A stretch of DNA of 63,071 bases, filler included, from Collodictyon triciliatum (lineage: Eukaryota), in NCBI GenBank assembly GCA_043381765.1. It is 5 parts of 5 records of this genome, joined end to end, with 100 filler letters (N's around TTAATTAATTAA, not from the genome) between each part and the next. Parts side by side here need not be neighbours in the genome. Positions count along the whole stretch, not along the records: positions 55,416 to 59,479 come from JBHJMP010001237.1; positions 59,580 to 63,071 come from JBHJMP010001242.1; 3 more parts are not named here. One strand, written 5' to 3'. Position 1 is the stretch's first letter, and each line of letters starts with the position of its first letter. The notes beneath the pieces were generated by a model. The model searched no databases, was not told where the DNA came from, and saw only the letters and a list, made by a program, of their open reading frames with translations. The position numbers and the translations under genes are program-made. This document shows positions 55,450 to 63,071 of the stretch, in pieces.

Positions 55450-57923
55450 AAAAAAAAAAAAAAAAAAAAAAAGGAACAGTGCCGGGAAATGACGGGTCGC
55501 AATAGTCAGGGATACTTGTGAAAGAGGGCCACATTTTGTGTCGTTTACGGTCTTGTACGGGAGGAAAGGGAAAGTGAAGTGAAGTGAAGTGACTTTGACA
55601 GCCAGCAGAAGTGCCTTTGGCCCGCTCAAATTGCATTCTTATCAGGGCTCGTGGCTCATGTCTCATTTCCAACATTCCTTCTTTTCCTTTGTCTTAATCG
55701 ATAGTCGCACACAGACTTTGATTGATATTGTGCAAACCCCCCCCCCCCCCCCCCCAACCCAAAGAGGGGATAAGTAAGGCGAAGTAAAATTATTTTGTTT
55801 GGTAAAATGAGAAGATTTTCTTTTTCTTTTTCTTTTTCTTTTTCTTTTTCTTGGTTGCCGCTGGGCTGTGGTACTCTTTTTAACTCCCCAAGAGAGAAGC
55901 CCATGCGCCTAACTTGCAGCGCCTATGAGCGCAAGAATCAGAGCTGGACCCCAGCAGTCAACTCACGGCCTTGAGTTGGGTGAAGGCAAAAAAAAAAAAA
56001 AGGTTGTGAAAGAATAGCACAAAACAAACAGAAAAAACAGTGGAGGCCCCCACAGAAGGAACATAGAACAGCAGGAAGAAGGTGCGTGCTGCAAGACACT
56101 CATTGGTCAGTTTGTCAGAAGCCCATCCAAATCCAAAATAATACAAAGACATATGTCCTGAATGAAACAAACCACGACAAATACATAGAGACATGCCTAA
56201 ACCAAAACAAAATAAAAACAAATTCGCAGGCAAAACAACACCAAAAAATAACTGTCGAAATTTTGGACGAATCAGGATGATTTTCACGAATAAAATTTTG
56301 TGGACGCCTGTATAATGGGAAAAAAAGGCTTTGCTTGAGCGCCAGGCGGAGGATTCATCTAAGAAAACCAAAACCTAGCCCAAAGCGGGCCCGTCCATAT
56401 TTTACCATAATCGCTGAAAATAGATAAAATGTGCGAATTTTCGGTGGTTTGGAAACATTCAGCCTTCTCGACCAAGCTGGAATTCTTGGGAATCCGTTGC
56501 GATTTACGCTTTTGGTGATTAGTAACCGCCGACGGATTATTTGCAAGGCCTTGCCCATTTAGAATTTCCACCGCTAACTACACAAATGGCTGTCTCGACA
56601 ACAGAACAATTAAGGATGATTCATACGTCACTTGAATCACCCGTGATTCAGCGGTGGGGCGTATATTTTTTTTTAATATTCCACATTTTTATGATCCAAA
56701 AAGACATGCGGGACTTAATGCACTAATATATTATTTTTATAAGTAATTATATTATTTCCCACTTTTAGAAAAGGCAAAAAGGCACAAGGAAAGCGTGATT
56801 CAACCATTGTTGCCCACACAGCCACCAAACGAGCAGAATCACTCCGGCCGACTCGCCACTACTACCCTCTATCTTATGGCACTACCCCCTTGATTCACGC
56901 TTAAACCCACATCTACCCCCTGTCATGAGGAATTTCCTGACCCCACCATGTCGGAGTGAAATATAAAATGTTAATGAGGTTAATAGAAAGCCTTTTATTT
57001 TCTACTTCAATCACCACAAGGAGAGGCCTTTATCAATATAGTTTCACTTGGTGTTGATGCCTTTACGACCTTTCCTTTACATACTTTCACCACTGACATC
57101 TAGATATCGTTGCCGTTCGACACCTATGTGTTAATCAGTCCACAGCCTTTTTTTTTTTTTTTTTTTTTGCCCACAGTCCAAAAAAAAAAAAGTGAAGTCG
57201 TACAAGGGGTGAACGAAATCCACATGTTAGAAAGCAAATGCGAGCAGAAGACAGTACCGTGAAGGAGCTACCACCAGAAATGAGTCAGTGGTGGTGAGTC
57301 GGTCAGGTGGGTGAGCTGGCCGATTGATTAGCTGCATGGTGATGAAGGGTTGTGTATGTAATAGGTGATATCTTGTGACACATATCCCACATATCTCCCT
57401 CCGCCTGGGGTTGGCGTTGCAGCGAAGGCAAGGGTCTTTCCAGACAGCCTTCACCAGTACACAATCTTTGTGAAAAAAGTGGTGAGACTTTGAATACTAG
57501 TGCACCAGGTTTACCAATCGAAAGATTGATATACCCCTTCTAGCCCTTAAAAAAAAAAGAACATAATCACGCCGTATTGCCCTTATCACGCTTGCACCGA
57601 AGTTGTTTGTGGGGCCGCGGATTTTTCGACCGAAATTCGTGCAATCCAATTGTGGAAACTATAATCCCGATGGGAGCAGATGAATCAGAATCTTCGGGCG
57701 GTTTGGTTCTCGCTGTACCTCAAAGTTGATCAACAGCCACACAATTGATTTCAATCACAGGGAGAGGAAACGGCCAAAGCCCGACTGACTATTCTTTTTG
57801 TACTCAAATGTATCATCCCATGTGAAGATATTTTTTCACCACCTTCTTCTTGCACAGCCTCTTCTGTAATATGTTTTCGTTTTTTTTTTTTTCCTTTCCT
57901 AACGCAAAAGCTTTCTTCATCCT

Positions 57924-59305
57924 ATGCTAAGCGCCATGACGAGCAAAGCCGAGCTTCAAAAGTTCAAGGTTCCCGAATTAAAGCAAAAACTGATTTCCCT
58001 CGGGCTTTCAGACAAAGGAAACAAAGCAGACTTGGTCGATCGTCTTGATAAATACTACACTACGCAAAGCGACTCGGTTTTTTTTTTTTTAATCCTTCTC
58101 TTAGTTCTTTAGATCGAATAAAGGAAAAAAAAAACTTCTCTTAGTTCCCTCCTCCTTTTTCTTACAACGATAAAATATTGATTTTTTTCTTGGTCAAATA
58201 ATGAATAGCACTTTTGAAATTTATGGAAAACAAATGTTGGGGACTGGCCGTTCTCTTCGCGTTTTCCTTTGATCGAACTTCGCTAATTATTAATAGACAA
58301 ACACCCTTTGATCAAACGTAATATTTCACTATCTAGGGTAATCCCATCCCTGATGAAAGCACCGATGAAACAATCGAGATTGTCCCTGAAGTCAGGATCG
58401 AGGCAGAGACAGCTGTGAACGACTCTGTACGTATTATTTTTTTATTATCATTTTCTCAATGCAAAACAGACATGCTTTATGGAGCATATCTGACAAGATT
58501 ATATTGGGAACCTCGTTTGCAGGAGAATCCCCAGAGCCCGACAAAGGTTGAAATTTTGACGGCTATGGAGGATGTGGAAACTCATGAACCAAAAAGTGAA
58601 GTAATCGAAGGCAAGACGCAAGACTCGACAACGGAGGAAGTACTGCCCGTAATCGAGAGCATTGACGTGGAGGAACCCATGAACATTGAGAAACACATCG
58701 CCGAGTCCCACAACCAGACGAAAGAGTCTCCATCTGAAGTGGTGCCAAATGCCACCGAAACCGAAAAGACAACAGAGGCACCAAACACCGAAGCTTTGGC
58801 CAAGCCTATTGAACCAGAAGAGACAAAGGTGGGAACGAATTGTCTAATTCAACTAAATGCTATATGTACTGAATACTAACATAAATCACGAAGACTCTAT
58901 CAATTAAACGATTCACTGTATAAGGAGTCAGTTTAATTAGCCAATAGATATTTGTATAACAATCTTCCAACCCCCCCCCCCCCCCCCCCCCTCCCCTACT
59001 TCTCTCTCTGTCCTCTTCTTTATATTAGTTATTTGTTGTTAATTTTTTATTTTCTGTTAATTGTTCATGATTTTTTGTTTTCTGTTTTCTGCTTTGCTAT
59101 CTTGTTGCTTGTTGCTTGTTTTTGATTCGAAGCTGACTGCGTTTAGTACCAATATATTAGAGGAATACCTTTTATGAAGGTGACGTTGACATAACCCACA
59201 AATTATTGTAAAAATGAAAGGGTGCAAAGCGAGCCTCGGTTGCTGGAGCAGAAACTTCAGGCTCAGCAAAGAAATCTAGAAGATGGGGTGGTACATCTTC
59301 CAAGG
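57924..59305 (+). CDS. SAP-domain protein with an acidic low-complexity region (3' truncated)
   Basis: LQKFKVPELKQKLISLGLSDKGNKADLVDRL matches the SAP consensus; further exons at about 58338-58427 and 58523-58828. Confidence 0.85.
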
Positions 59306-59407
59306 TAATAAAGTATTATTGATTTTTTTTCTACCCATCGATTCTCTTAAACCTGGGAGCACTGCGGATGCGAGGGTTGGAAATTTCATGTACTTCATAA
59401 TGCCAAG

Positions 59408-59444
<37 letters not shown>

Positions 59445-59523
59445 TACTTAATTATTTGTTTATGTTTTTGTTTTATAGCNNNNNNNNNNNNNNNNNNNNN
59501 NNNNNNNNNNNNNNNNNNNNNNN

Positions 59524-59535
59524 TTAATTAATTAA
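59524..59535. other. Artificial contig-joining linker TTAATTAATTAA
   Basis: Six-frame-stop 12-mer within an N spacer. Confidence 0.95.
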
Positions 59536-59579
59536 NNNNNNNNNNNNNNNNNNNNNNNNNNNNNNNNNNNNNNNNNNNN

Positions 59580-62317
59580 GCCCAAATACTTATCCTTTCA
59601 GCTATGGGCCATCTGCAAATAGCGTAAAGGACCGATAAACCGTTCAACGGAGGCGGCAAGGACGACTCTTTCATAAAATATACTGTTTCGAAAAAAACTT
59701 TCTTTTGTGCGTCTTCTGCTCTTTTTTCAAAGGTTGAATATGTCGAGCTCAGCATAGCTATGAAAAAATTCACCAGTAAAACCATAATGATAATAATGAA
59801 AAAAATACCATCGAATCCAGAGTAAAATGACTGACTCGATGTAAAGTCAGTAAGGTTGAAGTTACCAAACATGGAGCCGATGACAGTCGAGGCCGATATT
59901 TGCAAATGGGCATACTTGGAATTAAGTCCGCCATATGCCAACAGAAAATGCAAAGAAAACGCAACCAGGAAAACAGACAAGAATATTATAAATTGAAACA
60001 AATCTTTCAGCATATTTATAACAATAATTTGCATCAACCCTAAGATGGGTAATACGCCGGTGTAGAAAAGTAGGCGAGAAAAAGACATAAGTACGGTAAG
60101 TCCGAGAATATTTGTCGAGACTTCCCAAAGATAGCCTATGGCCATCATATTCATGTGGGCTTGAATGGAGTCCATGGATGCATGATGACTATTCAATTTT
60201 ATGATACTCTCTTCAGAATACATAATGAATATGTAAAATCCACATAGTACGGTATCATACAGTATCCATCTATCAATAAACCATTTTTTACGACAAGAAG
60301 CTAGTCTGTGGAGGACATGACAAATAAAACTAAAACCCCAAAAGCCAAGGATAACGCGGATTAGTTGAAAGGATTTTACTGATTTAGTAATCCATGGCCT
60401 CGGAATTGTAGTTACTTTGGCCCACGAGTTTGCTGAGCCAGTAGGAAGAAACTCAAAGAATAACGAGACACACGAAAAAGCGTTTAAGTTGTCAATCGAA
60501 ACAACAAAATCAATCGAAATAAATCGAGTTTGGGGATCGAACCAATGGCTCCTGTATAGGAAATATAAAGCGTTGTAGGAAGTGTGGTAATCCGATGACA
60601 GTTGATAGGGATATCCTTTGGAATTGTATAGAGCACCCGATGGTCCTTGTACGTCCAATGAAAAAGCAGGCTCCTGGTTTGAATAAACAAATGTATTATT
60701 TGGCCCGTATGAATTCATTTCGATGTTTTTCATGGAAAATACGCCAGAGCAATTATATCGATTCCCGAGTGCATAGTCAACTTTCCGGTCGATATAGCTC
60801 AGCAAGCTACAATGTTCTAATTTGACTCTGTGCTGACGGATTCTAAGCAAGTCGGTTACTTTATAGTAAGATATCTGGGTAACTGATTCTCCTGGGGGAG
60901 TTAACAAGGTAAAGTTAAAGGGTCCGTCGAGGAGATTTGTAAAGAAAGGGTTTGCTATAAATGGCCAGAATCTATCCATGCTTGTGACTTGACTTGGATC
61001 GAATGTGTCGGTAACAAGTTGGGTTACAGCATAGCAAGTAACACCATTCGTCGTAGTCCGTAGATAAACGAAGTACGTGAGACATGCCAAGTACAATAAG
61101 TACAGGGTCAGACTCAGCAAGAATTTAGCTTTCATAGAGTGTATGAATCGAGGAAGGAGGTCCTTGACATGGAGCTTTACCCAAAAGATAAGAGAAGACA
61201 CGTTCCATCTCGAAGGTATCTGTGGGAATACATGCTCCATGAAATATGAATCTGGAGATGAATTGGAATGCCACAATGAATCCCCTCTTTTTTGAACCAG
61301 CGGATGCTCAAGATAAATGTAGGCGCTGTGTAATAAAACGAATTTTATGATTGTGTCTATATATTCATCGTCCACTTGGGAGTTCTCATATCTTTGAGTC
61401 AGTCGTGTGGCTCCAAACTTTTGGTATTCCTCCAACAGTTTTTCATGAACTCCAGGAATTTCTTTTATTTTCCCAAAAATTTCGAGAGAACGGATGATAG
61501 GGTCAGGTTGCGCTGCGAAAAGCTTTGAAATTCTTTGGAATGTATGAAAAGGAAGCTCAGAATTTCCATAGATCTCCAGCTTGATTTTGGGTAAAAGGCA
61601 AATTTGAGGTGGAAAGCCTATTTTTTTTTTAAATGATTTAGTGGTTGGCTAGATTTCAAGAGATTTAGAATAAAAAAATAATTATTCTTTTGAAAAGTAG
61701 GGTTTGCATACATAGACTTGTGACTTAATTATTATTATTATTTGGAAAAGAAGGTTACTATATTGGATTTCGTCAGGGTCCGATAGCATCAAATTGAACA
61801 TTCCTTCTTTCTGATTATGACCGAGAGATTTTGTCGATGATAATAGATGCCCGTTAAGTATAACCTTGCATAGACTGATTTGATTGTGAGAAACATCCAG
61901 CCTCCGCAGCCGACTAAGCTGGCCAATAGAGGACGGTAAGGAGGATATTTGGTTATGTGAAACATCAAGGAAAACCATCTCTTTGAGATCTCCAAGGTTG
62001 TTGGGGAGTGAGCGTATCCCACAATCTTCCATGATCAGTTCCTTCAGATTCGTACATGCCATCAAGACAGGAGGGACTTGTCCAAAGATGACCTTTTCGA
62101 CACATATCTTTGTAAGGTTGGAAAGCAGGCTAAGAGAGTCTGGGAGGTGGTAATGACCTTCTGCATCTTGTGTTAAGCTTAGATAAAGTTCCTTGAGCCG
62201 GGTCAGCTGGGAGATTTCTTCTGGGAGAGTGTGAGGGCGCACAAGGCGAAGGTCAAGAGTCTCGCTGTCGAGGAGCTGAGCTAGTGTTAGTCGGAGGCTG
62301 TTTGCAAGCTCTTCCAT
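59580..62317 (-). CDS. LRR + polycystin-2 (TRPP/PKD2)-like cation channel (3' truncated)
   Basis: N-terminal LRRs (LPEEISQLTRLKEL, LDVSHNQISSLPSSIG). After an intron the frame continues to S1, the TOP domain (RIRQHRV...GY...WFDPQTRFISIDF..N.F....FEFLPTG), S2-S6 with a pore region (MFGNFN) and LVNFFIAMLSSTY. Confidence 0.85.
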
Positions 62318-62942
62318 CGCAGGCTTCACCTTGAGAATGGGCAGCACCGAGTCGGCCAAACTTTTATTATCGGCTGCCCCGATGAGAAAAGGAAAGGGAA
62401 AGGAAAAATTATTATTATGATTATTATTTTTTTAAAAAAAAAGAATTAGTGTTTGTAAACCCGGGCGTAATAACGAGTTTATGGGGATGTGTGTAGCGTG
62501 CGTAAGTCCCTTCGGAGGGGTATGACCTTATGTTTTTTGTGTGTCTTGTTGCTGGGTTGCACTGAGACGAGGCGGATCAACTGAGATTAGGCGCTTTTAT
62601 GGGAATAAGGGTATTTTGCACAATGGAAAAGGAGACAAAGTAGGCTGTGTTTTTTCTTTTCTCTTTGTTTTTTGGGAAAAATATGAGCAAACAAAAAAAT
62701 AATTATAAAATACTGAAAGAAAACGGTAAAAGGAAACACCAACAGGCACAAATGTGGAATCATTTTTTCATCAGAAGGGGCAAGATTCTCGGCAAGCCTC
62801 TGAGTCTCTGGGTGAATGGGGTGTGAATGCGCTTACTGCCTGCTCCTCCACCACCAGCCCCATGGGGTGTTTTTTCATTTATGGTGCGGTTGGATGAGGG
62901 GGATTGACGGGTCGAGCGGATGGAAGGTGGCGGGTGGCAAGT

Positions 62943-63071
62943 TTAGGCAGAGACAAGGCTGGCCGTGAGTTCCTTGTAGATGTCGTGGAGCTCCTTCTCG
63001 GTCTCGGGGGTGATGGCGCCCTTTGTGCGGATGGACTCGAGGATGTGGGGTCTGGAGTCCTTGACGAAGGC
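62943..63071 (-). CDS. 3' end of a gene resembling the F1 ATP synthase alpha C-terminus
   Basis: AFVKDSRPHILESIRTKGAITPETEKELHDIYKELTASLVSA*, similar to alpha-subunit ends (..ILETIRTKG.IS.E.E.KL); strong C/G-ending codon bias. Only 42 codons are visible. Confidence 0.55.
   Translation of the reverse strand, partial: AFVKDSRPHILESIRTKGAITPETEKELHDIYKELTASLVSA

Noticed and set aside
55480-56371. Small-exon gene on the minus strand with a GTATCCCT donor near 55515
   Set aside because: Candidate exons are short, show no recognisable domain and run into the gap; neither the gene nor a third U12 intron can be supported.
57227-57500. RING-like fragment HFFHKDC...CLRC on the minus strand
   Set aside because: The first Cys ligands are missing and no coherent gene model emerges.

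Overview
Intron-rich, AT-rich eukaryotic (protist-like) genomic DNA. It is stitched from at least five contigs by artificial N-TTAATTAATTAA-N spacers (20649, 41321, 55360, 59524), so adjacency across those points is not shown by this sequence. Host genes recovered by manual exon joining: a secreted-type LRR/Cys-rich/multi-pass membrane receptor with one LRR per exon, an isoaspartyl peptidase/L-asparaginase, a small LRR protein, a divergent cyclin-Y-like gene, ABCF2, Vti1 (partial), taxilin, a membrane-anchored class I cyclic-nucleotide phosphodiesterase with two U12-type (AT-AC and AT-AA) introns, a GC-rich GT-C-like membrane protein, Prp17/CDC40, LSm6, ICMT (partial), a SAP-domain protein (partial), an LRR-polycystin-2 channel fusion (partial) and a probable F1-ATPase alpha 3' end. 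The contig at 41377-55315 is different: intronless, gene-dense and decayed. It is a Polinton-like virus/virophage-type element with a penton (minor capsid) gene, fibre-like gene, A32 packaging ATPase, primase-helicase and retroviral-type integrase; no protein-primed polB, major capsid gene or terminal repeats are visible. All calls come from reading motifs by eye; no database searches were run.
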